Positions 29,340 to 38,907 of a DNA stretch of 64,000 nucleotides are shown in pieces. The translations under genes and the position numbers were made by a program. The stretch is from Polyangiaceae bacterium (GTDB lineage: Bacteria; Myxococcota_A; Polyangia; Polyangiales; Polyangiaceae). The number at the start of each line of letters is the position of its first letter. Position 1 is the stretch's first letter. The notes beneath the pieces were generated by a model, which saw nothing but the letters and a program-made list of their open reading frames with translations, did no database searches and was not told the origin of the DNA. The stretch covers positions 10,784-74,783 of the forward strand of contig JBGANF010000027.1 of assembly GCA_044222475.1 (NCBI GenBank). The letters run 5' to 3'.

Positions 29340-30673
29340 GCACGCGATCCCAAAAGCGGCGCCACGTTCGTCGTCTCCGCGGCTTCACCCTCGTCGAGCT
29401 GATGGTCTCGATGACGGCTGGGTTGTTCGTCGCGCTCGCCGTGGTCGCGCTCTCGCAGCAAGCGACGACGACGTTCCACGAAGAGAGCCGCACGGCCACC
29501 GCGGAGATGTCGCTGCGCACGGCGATCGAACGGCTCCGCGGCGATCTGATCCGCGCGTCGTACATGAGCACGCCCAACATCCAGAAGGATCCGCTCATCG
29601 CGCACGCGCCGGACCAACCGAACGTCCCGACCACGTTCCCCGCCGGCATCAAGCTCCTCGCCGGGTTGCGGCTCATCCACCCGTCGCCGGCGAAGAACCT
29701 GCCGCTCTCGGTCCTCAACGCGTTGACGCCGGACACGCTCGAGATCAGCGGCAACATGACGACGACGGACTCGTACGTCGTCCGCATCATGGACGCTGGC
29801 GGCGGCTGCGGTGGCCAGCGACTCACGCTCGCGATCGACTCGCCGGCGATGTGGCGCGTCCTGGCGACGCCGGACCCCGACGCGACGTTCGAGTCCGCGT
29901 TCCAACCGATGGCGGGCGGCGCCTTCATCGTGCGCGTCGAGGACGACACGGGTCACTACCAGTTCGTGCAGACGTGCACCGGCAAGGCGGCCGGGATCAC
30001 CGGAAGCGGCCTCACGGCGGTCGCCTACGTGGACGTCGCATCGACGACGCCGGTCCTCACCGCGGCGGACACGAAGACCCAAGGCGGCGCGGTCGGGCTC
30101 GGCGTCGGCCGGCTCAGCGTGAACCCGGTGCAGACGGTGCGTTGGGAGGTCCGACCAATCGACACGACCCAGACGCGCGACAACCCGTACAAGGAGCTCT
30201 ACCTCACCGCGGCGGTCGACGGCGGCTCGTCCGACAAGTACGAGCTCTTCCGCACGTACGTCGACGCGGCCGGGACGTTGGTCGATCAGACCGAGCTCGT
30301 CGCCGAGTACGCGGTCGACTTCAAGGTGGCGTTCAGCGCGGACCTCGTCGATGCGACGACCGACCCGAACCGCACCCTCACGGTGTACGGCATGAGCGAC
30401 ACCGCGCTGAACGAGGCCCTCGCGGATGACGTCACCGTCGTCCGCCCGCACGGCCCGGAACGAATTCGGTCGGTGCGGTTCCGCTTGTCGACGCGCTCGT
30501 CGATCGCGGACCGCGAAGCGCCCCTCATCGCACCGGCGGCGAACGCCCAGCAAGGCGACTACCCGCTCCGTTACTGCATCTCCCAAGCCGGCTGCACCGC
30601 GAGCGGCTGGTCTCGCGTCCGCACGACGACGAGCGAGGTCACGGTCATGAACCAAGCACGGATGTTCTACTGA
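29336..30673 (+). CDS. pilW: Type IV minor pilin PilW-like
   Basis: RG|FTLVELMVSM; LRGDLIRASY; LVAEYAVDFKV; IRSVRFRL. Confidence 0.85.
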   Translation: MSTRSQKRRHVRRLRGFTLVELMVSMTAGLFVALAVVALSQQATTTFHEESRTATAEMSLRTAIERLRGDLIRASYMSTPNIQKDPLIAHAPDQPNVPTTFPAGIKLLAGLRLIHPSPAKNLPLSVLNALTPDTLEISGNMTTTDSYVVRIMDAGGGCGGQRLTLAIDSPAMWRVLATPDPDATFESAFQPMAGGAFIVRVEDDTGHYQFVQTCTGKAAGITGSGLTAVAYVDVASTTPVLTAADTKTQGGAVGLGVGRLSVNPVQTVRWEVRPIDTTQTRDNPYKELYLTAAVDGGSSDKYELFRTYVDAAGTLVDQTELVAEYAVDFKVAFSADLVDATTDPNRTLTVYGMSDTALNEALADDVTVVRPHGPERIRSVRFRLSTRSSIADREAPLIAPAANAQQGDYPLRYCISQAGCTASGWSRVRTTTSEVTVMNQARMFY

Positions 30674-31368
30674 TGAAAAACGCTCCCCTCCGCTCCCTCA
30701 AGCTTCGCGCGCGCCGGCGCAACGCCCAGCGCGGTGCGGTCGTGTTCATCGTCGCGATGACCCTCGCGGTCTTGGCGTCGATCGGCCTCTACGCGCTCCA
30801 GAGCGCATCGACCGAGGTGAAGACGAGCGGCTACGGGCGACAGAACGCGCAGTCCCGCTACCTCAGCGAGTACGGCGTCCACGTCGGAGCGAACGCGATG
30901 GGTGGCACCACCGGCCAGCTGTACGTCGGCTTGATGAAGTCGCAGACCCAGCGCGACGCGGCGTGCACGTCGCTCATCGGCGTGGACGTCAACGCGTCGG
31001 GCCTCTCGAAGGCGTGCCGCCGCATGGGCGCGGTCGAGCTCGCCAACGCGTGGGGCACGAGCAAGAACGCCATCGAGCCGGTCGCCGCGAACAAGGCCGG
31101 CAGCCTCGGCTTCAACGACATGACCGGCGACTTCTACGTCGAGCTCACCGACCCGGCGCCGGCCGGAGCGATGTACGGGATCGATACGCGTCTCGGCCTT
31201 TGCTACACGAAGATCACCGTCCTCGCCGTCGGCATCACGCGACCGGACACGGTCGCGCTCGCGAGCAAGGGCATCACTCTCGGCGACCGCGCCCTCTACG
31301 GGTCGCAAGGTCTCATCAACTCTCGAGCCCGCGTGATCGCGGGCCCGATGCGCGACGGATGCAACTGA
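30673..31368 (+). CDS. pilX: Type IV minor pilin PilX-like
   Basis: QRG|AVVFIVAMTL (no Glu at +5, as is typical of PilX); SRYLSEYGV; located between pilW and pilY1. Confidence 0.8.
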   Translation: MKNAPLRSLKLRARRRNAQRGAVVFIVAMTLAVLASIGLYALQSASTEVKTSGYGRQNAQSRYLSEYGVHVGANAMGGTTGQLYVGLMKSQTQRDAACTSLIGVDVNASGLSKACRRMGAVELANAWGTSKNAIEPVAANKAGSLGFNDMTGDFYVELTDPAPAGAMYGIDTRLGLCYTKITVLAVGITRPDTVALASKGITLGDRALYGSQGLINSRARVIAGPMRDGCN

Positions 31369-31378
31369 AAGCACGACC

Positions 31379-34300
31379 ATGCACATGAACCTCCCCTCGC
31401 TCCGTGTCCTCGTCGAACGTCGTCGCGTGCTGCGCGCCGGGTCGCTCGGGCTGCTCGCGTTCGCGACCGCTCTCTCGTGTGCCCACAGCGCTCGCGCGCA
31501 GTCGGTCGACGTGAACCCGCCGCTCCCGAACGCGCTCATCCTCCTCGACACCTCGGGCTCGATGGAGAAGATGATCGACGGAACGGACCCCGAATCCGCG
31601 GGCGCGGCCTGCAGCCCCGGCGTCCAGACCGCGCCGAACCGCTGGGGCGCTGCGCTCCAGTCGCTCACCGGCGACATCGCGCCGTACTACAGCTGCTACG
31701 CGATGCCGCGAACCCGCAACAGCGAGTTCGATCTCGAGTACCGCATCAACGGCAACGTCCCCTACGACGTCGACTACTTCCTCCCCTACCACCGCCCGGC
31801 GGCCGGCAACTCCGCCGGCACCGCGTGCCTCGTCGCACCGGGCGACCTCCCCGGATCCCCGCCCGGCCAGGGCGTCGGCAACCCGCCGAAGGGCGCGGGG
31901 GGTCTCGCGACCGACTTCCCGACGAGCGCGATCACGACCCGCTTGGCGTCCGGTCAGGTGGGCTCGTGCAACTTCGATCAGTACGCGAACGGCGTCCTCG
32001 ACTCGGCGCGCGACATGATCCGCTTCGGCCTGATGACGTACGATCAGGACCCCAACGAAGGCGTCGGCATCAACAACACGACGACGGTCGCCAACACGCC
32101 GCTCACCCCGTTCGACGGGCAGTGGAGCTACTACCCCGGCTGGAAGAACGGCACCGGCGGGCTCAGCGGCAAGCCGGCGGACTGCACCGTGGCGTCACTC
32201 TTCGAGCTCGGCGCGCGCAACCCGGCCGCTCCCCCGTGGGAGGGCCGCTTCATGCAGTTCCCGGCGGCCGCGGCGACGATCGCCACCGTCCAAGGGCAGA
32301 ACGATCGCATCCAACTCGCGATCAACGCGATGCGACCGTACGGCGCCACGCCGACCGCTGCGATGTTCTCGGACGCGAAGTACTACTTCTGGACCGATCC
32401 CGACGGCCCGCAACAGAACGACGCCTACGTCCAGGGCGACTGCCGCGACGAGTACATCGTCTTCATCTCGGACGGCGCGCCCAACCAAGACCTGCGCCCC
32501 GCCTGCGGGTCCACGCCGATCGATCCGCAGAAGCCCGGCGTCTGCCCGTACGCCCTCCCCGAAGACACGGCGCTGGAGCTCGCCACCGGCGGAGCCAGCA
32601 AGCACAAGGTGAAGACCTTCGTGATCGGCTTCGCCGTGAGCTCGGTGCAAGACGGCAACACGCTGGTCAAGTGCTCCGACCTCGTCACGAACTCGACGCT
32701 GTCGTCGGTGTGCAGCGACCCGTCGAAGCAGGCGACCTACGGCGCGTGCTGCACGCTCCAGAAGATCGCGATCGCGGGTGGTACCAGCAACGCGTACTTC
32801 GCCGACACCGCCGGTGACCTCAACAAGGCGCTCGGCGCGATCATCGCGAACATCGCGAAGAACGTGACGACCCGCACGCTCCCTGCGTACTCGCCCGTCG
32901 TCTCCAACCCGTCGGTCAACCCGAACTCGAAGGTCACGAACGCGGCGATGTTCCTCTCGTCGTTCGCGCCGATCCCGGGCAAGCCGTGGGTCGGTACGGT
33001 CCAACGGCAGCGCTATCAATGCACCTTCAACAACAACAGCTACACCGTGCCGCCGCCGGTGGTCGACGTGACGAAGGGCGACGACTTCGCCGCGAACCTC
33101 AACCTCCCCGGCGCTCAAGCGAAGCGAACGTTCCGGTCGGTGCTCGCCGACAGCATCTCGAGCATCCCGCAGTCGGGCGGGACGGTGCGTCCCTACATCT
33201 CCGCGTCTCTCCCGGGCGTGCACGGCGACGACAAGCTCGGCACCCTCGGCGGCACGCTCGTCGGAAGCAACGCGTCCGGCCTCAAGACGGCGCTCACTCC
33301 GGAAGCGCTCAACATCAACGGCACCTCGTGCCCCAACCAGACGGGTACGCAGCACCTCACCGCCGCGTCCTGCCGCAACATCACGCTCGACTTCACCCTC
33401 GGTGAGGCCACGAGCGACGCGATGCCGGACTTCACGTTCAACCCGTTCCAGTCGCGCGCCGGCTTCGTGATGGGCGACATCTATCACTCGACGCCGACCG
33501 TCGTCGGACCCCCGAGCGCCAACCTCGCCGACGAGTCCTACCGCGCGTTCGCGTCGACGACCGCGACGCGCAAGACCGTCCTCTACACGGCGACGAACGA
33601 CGGGCTCCTCCACGCATTCGACACCGACGTCGACAACACCAACCGCGACGCGAACGAGCTCTGGGCGTTCCTCCCGCCTGCCGTCCTCCCCAAGCTGCTC
33701 TCCACGTACCCGGGGTCGCACCAGCTGCTGCTCGATGGCGCGCCGGTCGTGCGCGACGTCGTGTTCGATCGGTCGAAGGCGGCCAACAGCTTGCTCGCCG
33801 CGACGAACTGGCACACGGCGCTCGTCGCCGGGTTCGGCTCGGGCAACCGCGGGTACTACGCGCTCGACGTGACCGACCCCGCGCCGACCACCGACCTCAC
33901 GAAGGGACCGAAGCTGCTATGGCAGCTCACCGACATGCCGAAGTACCAGAACGCCGCGCAGCGCGAGCTGTTCGGCCAGCACTCGGTCACGCCGGCGATC
34001 ACGACGATCTTCGCCGACCTCGACGGCTCGGGCGCCCACGAGATCGGCGTCGCGATCCTCCCGGGCGGCAGCGACGCTCCGGCCACCGGCGCATCGTGCG
34101 ATCGCATGGGCACCGTCGGCAACGACGCAGCGCCGGCCGGCTACCCGCGCCGCGACAAGGTCCGCTGCTGGGCCGCGTCCGGCGCTCCGGTGGCCGGCCG
34201 TTCGGTCACCGTGGTGCGCCTCGACACCGGAGAAGTCCTCCGCGTGTTCGGTCGCCAGGCCGACCTTCCGGAGGCGCTCATCGCGGCGAACCGAGTCGGC

Positions 34301-35203
34301 ACGGTCGAGACGCCGCTCGACTCGCCGATGACCGGCGTGCCGGTGGTCTACCCGGCGACGCCAGGCGCGGTGGCGCAGAAGGCGTTCATCGGCGACGAGG
34401 ACGGCACGATCTGGCGCTTCGATTTCACGAACACCGATCCGAAGCTCTGGACCGGCGAGCTCTTCTACGACGCCTACAACGCGACCGTCGACGCGAGCGC
34501 GACGAACTGGAACGACGGCCAGCCGCTGCAGACGCCGCCGGTGCTCGCGCTCGATCGCCGCGGCGCGCTCGTCATCGCGATCGCCACCGGCGACCAGGAG
34601 ACCTACACCCCGACCGGCAAGAACTTCGTCGCATCGCTCTCCGAGAAGTCGAACGGCACGAAGCTCATCGCCGACCTGAACTGGTACCTCCCGTTCACGA
34701 GCGGCGAGCGCGTCTCGGGTCCCATGACGATCTTCGACAGCACGCTCTACTTCTCGACCTACGCGCCGCCGAGCAACGCCGGCGTGTGCGCGGGTGGGTC
34801 GGCCAAGATGTGGGGCCACGACTTCGTGCTCCCCCAAGACACGACCGACCTCTCCCTCGGCGGCAAGTATCGCCTGCAACCTCCGTCGAACCCGCCGCCG
34901 TCGCCGCCGCAGTACATCGTCCCGGCGACGTACGATCCGACGCTCGCCGGCAAGCTCATCCCCGGCGTCTCGGTCAACGTCACCCCGGCCTGCGCCGACA
35001 CGTCCAGCTCGATCAACGATCAGTACACGGGCGGCGCCCACACCCTCGCGAACTACGTCACGCCGGGCAGCTACCAGCTCGTCGCCCAGGTCGGCGGCAA
35101 GAACAGCGGCAACAACGGAGCGGCGAACGCCACCTTCAGCGTGAACCTGCCCTCACCGCGCAACGTGTCGCTCGTCGACTCGTGGGCATCGATCGTCGAA
35201 TGA
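31379..35203 (+). CDS. pilY1: PilY1/PilC-like pilus tip adhesin (vWA + beta-propeller)
   Basis: Signal peptide; MIDAS LLDTSGSM, GATPT, FISDG; MGDIYHSTP, ATNDGLLHAF, ELWAFLP, LDGAPVVRDV, YYALDVTDP; Ca-loop-like DLDGSGAHE. Confidence 0.92.
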   Translation: MHMNLPSLRVLVERRRVLRAGSLGLLAFATALSCAHSARAQSVDVNPPLPNALILLDTSGSMEKMIDGTDPESAGAACSPGVQTAPNRWGAALQSLTGDIAPYYSCYAMPRTRNSEFDLEYRINGNVPYDVDYFLPYHRPAAGNSAGTACLVAPGDLPGSPPGQGVGNPPKGAGGLATDFPTSAITTRLASGQVGSCNFDQYANGVLDSARDMIRFGLMTYDQDPNEGVGINNTTTVANTPLTPFDGQWSYYPGWKNGTGGLSGKPADCTVASLFELGARNPAAPPWEGRFMQFPAAAATIATVQGQNDRIQLAINAMRPYGATPTAAMFSDAKYYFWTDPDGPQQNDAYVQGDCRDEYIVFISDGAPNQDLRPACGSTPIDPQKPGVCPYALPEDTALELATGGASKHKVKTFVIGFAVSSVQDGNTLVKCSDLVTNSTLSSVCSDPSKQATYGACCTLQKIAIAGGTSNAYFADTAGDLNKALGAIIANIAKNVTTRTLPAYSPVVSNPSVNPNSKVTNAAMFLSSFAPIPGKPWVGTVQRQRYQCTFNNNSYTVPPPVVDVTKGDDFAANLNLPGAQAKRTFRSVLADSISSIPQSGGTVRPYISASLPGVHGDDKLGTLGGTLVGSNASGLKTALTPEALNINGTSCPNQTGTQHLTAASCRNITLDFTLGEATSDAMPDFTFNPFQSRAGFVMGDIYHSTPTVVGPPSANLADESYRAFASTTATRKTVLYTATNDGLLHAFDTDVDNTNRDANELWAFLPPAVLPKLLSTYPGSHQLLLDGAPVVRDVVFDRSKAANSLLAATNWHTALVAGFGSGNRGYYALDVTDPAPTTDLTKGPKLLWQLTDMPKYQNAAQRELFGQHSVTPAITTIFADLDGSGAHEIGVAILPGGSDAPATGASCDRMGTVGNDAAPAGYPRRDKVRCWAASGAPVAGRSVTVVRLDTGEVLRVFGRQADLPEALIAANRVGTVETPLDSPMTGVPVVYPATPGAVAQKAFIGDEDGTIWRFDFTNTDPKLWTGELFYDAYNATVDASATNWNDGQPLQTPPVLALDRRGALVIAIATGDQETYTPTGKNFVASLSEKSNGTKLIADLNWYLPFTSGERVSGPMTIFDSTLYFSTYAPPSNAGVCAGGSAKMWGHDFVLPQDTTDLSLGGKYRLQPPSNPPPSPPQYIVPATYDPTLAGKLIPGVSVNVTPACADTSSSINDQYTGGAHTLANYVTPGSYQLVAQVGGKNSGNNGAANATFSVNLPSPRNVSLVDSWASIVE

Positions 35204-35715
35204 AGCTCAACCTGGTCGTTCTCTCGGTCGCGTTGGTCGCCTGCAAGGAGGAGGCGGAGCTGCCGACCTACGCCGGGCAGAGCGCGAGCGCGGCCGCGAG
35301 CGTCCCGGTGGACCACCTGGCCGAGGGCGAGCTGCTCGAAGGGAGCGAGCGGGCGTTCGAGCTGCCGCTCCCACGCGGGATGAGGGTCGACGGGCGCTTC
35401 GTCGACGTCGTGTACGCGAGCGGCGAGATCCCGCCGCAGACGCTGGCGAACTACGTCCGCGCCCGCGTCCGCGACGGCAAGGCCATGACCGGGGCGACGG
35501 GCACGGTCTTCGATCGCGTGCGCATCCCGGCCGCGCCCGACACGTACCTCGCCATCTACGTTCGGCCCGGCATTCGGCCCGACTCGAGCTGCACGCTCGA
35601 GATCCGCAACGTCACCGAGCCCAAGTCGCAGCCCGCGCCGGATGAAGAGTCGCGCTGGAAAGCGGCTGGCCTCAAGCCTGGAGGGGGGATGTTGGACCCT
35701 ACCCACCTACAATGA
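35200..35715 (+). CDS. Hypothetical lipoprotein coupled to pilY1
   Basis: MKLNLVVLSVALVAC lipobox; ATGA overlap with the pilY1 stop. Confidence 0.8.
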   Translation: MKLNLVVLSVALVACKEEAELPTYAGQSASAAASVPVDHLAEGELLEGSERAFELPLPRGMRVDGRFVDVVYASGEIPPQTLANYVRARVRDGKAMTGATGTVFDRVRIPAAPDTYLAIYVRPGIRPDSSCTLEIRNVTEPKSQPAPDEESRWKAAGLKPGGGMLDPTHLQ

Positions 35716-35806
35716 CCCTCTGTTCGAGCTGCTGGTTTGTACGTGAAGGCGCGCCGCGTTCGCGTATTCTTTTTCCTAGCGTTCTCCTGCCCAGGGAGGC
35801 GGTCCG

Positions 35807-37891
35807 ATGAAACGTCGCTCACTCCTACTACGACTTTCGGTGCTGGCGATCAGTGGAGCAGGCCTTGCCGCGCTCACCGCGCTCGGCTCGTGCACGACCG
35901 ATGGGCCGGACATGTTGGGGAGCGGATTCCTCAACAACACCAACAAGACCGACTGCTCGTCGCCGAACACCGGCTGCGCGTGCGACGCCGAAGGCGTGAC
36001 GACGAGCTGCGGCGAGGTCATCCGTCGGTCGGGCGACTACGTCACCTGCTCCGAAGGAAAGCGAACCTGCGTGGGCGGGAAGTGGGGCGGCTGCGTCGGC
36101 GACAGCATCCACGTCAAGGGCGCGCCGGTCACGTTGGGCGGGCAGCACATCCTCGGGCTCCAGCAGAACCCGAGCCAGTGCCAGAACAACCCGTGCGATC
36201 CCGACTGCACGAACTACGAGGACAACGGCGTCGGACTGGACGCGCAAGGCCTCACGCTCACCGACTCCGGCGGCACCACGCTGTCCGAGGTCGGGCCTGC
36301 GTGCGTGAACCTGCAGTGCCAGATCCCCACGTGCGATGGCGGCGGCACGACGTCGATCACCGGCACCGTCCGCGATCCCGCCGGCGTGAACCCGATCTAC
36401 AACGCCACGGTCTACGTCCCGAACGGCGCGGTGACCGCGTTCGCGCCCGGCGTCAGCTCCGACCAGTGCGGCAGCAGCGGCTTCTTGAGCGGCAGCCCGA
36501 TCGTGCTCACGCAGACGGCGGCGAACGGTACGTTCACGCTGAACGGCGTCCCCGCGGGCTCCAACATCCCGCTCGTCATCCAGATCGGACGATGGCGCCG
36601 CCAGATCACGATCCCCACGGTGACCGGGTGCACTGCGAACGCACTCCCAGCGGCGGACACGCGGCTGCCCGCGAACAAGAGCGAGGGCGACATCCCGAAG
36701 ATGGCGATCGCGAGCGGCGGCTGCGACCCGCTCGAGTGCCTCATCAAGCGCATCGGCGTCGACTCCGCGGAGTTCACCGTGCCGAGCGGCACCGGTCGGA
36801 TCGGGTTCTACCAAGGCAACGGCGGCATGCCCCTCGCGAGCGGCGGCACGCCGTGGTGGGACACGCTGATGACCAGCCAGACCGAGATGAACAAGTACGA
36901 TCTCGTGTTTCTCCCGTGCCAATGCCAAGCCGAGTACGGATCGCCGCCCGCCGGCTCGCACGACGTTCTCCGCAACTACGCGGCAGCGGGCGGGCGCATC
37001 TTCACGTCGCACTGGGGTCGCGAGTGGATCGAGAACGGCCCCAACGCGGTCTTCCCCGGAGTGGCCAACTGGGGCGGCGCGACCTACGGCAGCGCAGACC
37101 CGATGAACGTCTACGTCGACACGACGACCCCCAAGGGCGTCGCGTTCGCCGCGTGGATGACGGCCGCTGGTGCGACGAACCCGTTCTCCCAGACGCCGAC
37201 CCGCTTCGACGTCCAGACCGTCATCGCCCCGACCGAGCGCATGGCCTACGGCTGGAGCAACAACAACCCCGCGGCCAACCCGAGCGCCCCCGACAACGTC
37301 ACCGACTTCGCGTTCAACGCGCCTCTCGGCCTGCCCCCCGCTCAGCAGGTCGGGCGCGTCGTCTACGCCGACACCCACGTGTCGGGCAACGCCCTCAACG
37401 GCAACGCCTTCCAGTTCCCCGACAAGTGCGCGACGACCGCGCTCTCGGCCCAAGAGAAGGCGCTCGAGTTCCTCATCTTCGATCTATCGGCGTGCGTCGG
37501 AGCACCCGCGCCCGTGATTCCACCGTACCCGACCTCCGCGAGCTTCGTTCGCGACTACGAGGGAATCTGCCCGGCGGGCAAAGGTCCGGTGTGGCACTTC
37601 TTCGACTGGAAGACCCACACCCCGAGCGACTCGAGCATCGACTTCAGCGTGCAGACGGCCGACACGCAGGGCACGCTCGCAGCTGCGACCCAAGTGGCGC
37701 TTGCGTCGGTGAGCGGCGCGCCGATCCTCAACTGGACGGGCGCCGACGTGGACACGGTCCTCCAGACCATCCCCAGCAAATCCAAGTCCTGGCTGCGCGT
37801 GACCATCACGCTCAACCCGAGCGCCGACAAATTCTACGCGCCGGTGCTCGATGCCTGGCGCCAAGCCTATGATTGCGTGGACAATCAATAG
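35807..37891 (+). CDS. Cys-rich surface (lipo)protein with carboxypeptidase-regulatory-like domain
   Basis: GGGAGG RBS; LGSC lipobox-like; many Cys; SITGTVRDPAG.NPIYNATVYVPN..GTFTLNGVPAG..IPLVIQIGRWRRQ. Confidence 0.82.
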   Translation: MKRRSLLLRLSVLAISGAGLAALTALGSCTTDGPDMLGSGFLNNTNKTDCSSPNTGCACDAEGVTTSCGEVIRRSGDYVTCSEGKRTCVGGKWGGCVGDSIHVKGAPVTLGGQHILGLQQNPSQCQNNPCDPDCTNYEDNGVGLDAQGLTLTDSGGTTLSEVGPACVNLQCQIPTCDGGGTTSITGTVRDPAGVNPIYNATVYVPNGAVTAFAPGVSSDQCGSSGFLSGSPIVLTQTAANGTFTLNGVPAGSNIPLVIQIGRWRRQITIPTVTGCTANALPAADTRLPANKSEGDIPKMAIASGGCDPLECLIKRIGVDSAEFTVPSGTGRIGFYQGNGGMPLASGGTPWWDTLMTSQTEMNKYDLVFLPCQCQAEYGSPPAGSHDVLRNYAAAGGRIFTSHWGREWIENGPNAVFPGVANWGGATYGSADPMNVYVDTTTPKGVAFAAWMTAAGATNPFSQTPTRFDVQTVIAPTERMAYGWSNNNPAANPSAPDNVTDFAFNAPLGLPPAQQVGRVVYADTHVSGNALNGNAFQFPDKCATTALSAQEKALEFLIFDLSACVGAPAPVIPPYPTSASFVRDYEGICPAGKGPVWHFFDWKTHTPSDSSIDFSVQTADTQGTLAAATQVALASVSGAPILNWTGADVDTVLQTIPSKSKSWLRVTITLNPSADKFYAPVLDAWRQAYDCVDNQ

Positions 37892-38881
37892 ATGAGCTCG
37901 CGCCGCGTCGTCGTCGCATCCGTCGCCGTACTGTCTCTCGCTGCTTCGTGGGTCGCGTGCAGCGACGAGCCGCCGCCGCTCGTCCCGATCGACGCCGGAA
38001 ACGACGTCGTGAGCGACGGACCGCTCCCCGACGGCGCCATCCCCGACGTCGATCCCGACGCCCCGTTCGACGCCGGTCCGTCCGTCTGCACCGAGCCGAT
38101 GGCCTTCGGCGCCGGTAAGGCGGTTCCCACCGTCTCGACGCCCCAAGCCGACCGCTTCGGGGCCATCACCCCCGACGAGCTGACGATCGCCTGGATGAAC
38201 GCCGCTGGCACCGTCCTCTACGCGGATCGCGCCGCCGCCACCGACCCGTTCGGACCGACCCAGACGTTCAGCGGCAACTTCGCCCTCGATCGCGTGGCTC
38301 TCTCGGCCGACGGCCTGACGTTGATCGGCGTCGTCACCGGGCGCGCGACGTTCGCCCAGGTGAAGCGCAGCTCGCGCTCCGGCGCGTTCACCGGGTTGCT
38401 CGACAGCGCGCCGTTCAAGTTCTTGAACCAACAGAACGGCGGCAACGAGAACGACGGCGGCGTCGTCGACGCCGGCGGCACCGTGGCCGACCCGGTGCTC
38501 TCCGCCGACGGACGACTCTTCTACTTCACGCTGATCGCCTCGGGGGTGGAGACGTTCGCGGAGTCGCTGCGCCTCGGCGGCACGACCTACCCGTCTCCGC
38601 GCCTCCTCAAAGAGACGGATCTGGTTCCGGTCAACGGCAAGTACCGCCGTCCCACCGGGATCTCGGTGGACGGCCGCACGCTCTTCTTCTGGGACGAGTC
38701 GACGAACACCGAACGTGCCGCGTTCCGCGAGAGCGTCACCTTCCCGGGCAAGACCGGCTACACGAAGTTCATCACCCTCGGTGCGTACCCGGGCGCCCAA
38801 GCGACCCAGACCTGCGGTCGCCTCTACTACGAGGCCAGCGGCACGGGTGGCGTCGATCTGTTCTTCGCCGATCGGAACTAG
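37892..38881 (+). CDS. Beta-propeller (PD40-like) lipoprotein
   Basis: WVAC lipobox; ITPDELTIAW, LSADGLTL, PVLSADGRLFYF, ISVDGRTLFF. Confidence 0.78.
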   Translation: MSSRRVVVASVAVLSLAASWVACSDEPPPLVPIDAGNDVVSDGPLPDGAIPDVDPDAPFDAGPSVCTEPMAFGAGKAVPTVSTPQADRFGAITPDELTIAWMNAAGTVLYADRAAATDPFGPTQTFSGNFALDRVALSADGLTLIGVVTGRATFAQVKRSSRSGAFTGLLDSAPFKFLNQQNGGNENDGGVVDAGGTVADPVLSADGRLFYFTLIASGVETFAESLRLGGTTYPSPRLLKETDLVPVNGKYRRPTGISVDGRTLFFWDESTNTERAAFRESVTFPGKTGYTKFITLGAYPGAQATQTCGRLYYEASGTGGVDLFFADRN

Positions 38882-38907
38882 GCGTTCCCGTCGAAAGCGC
38901 GCTATTC

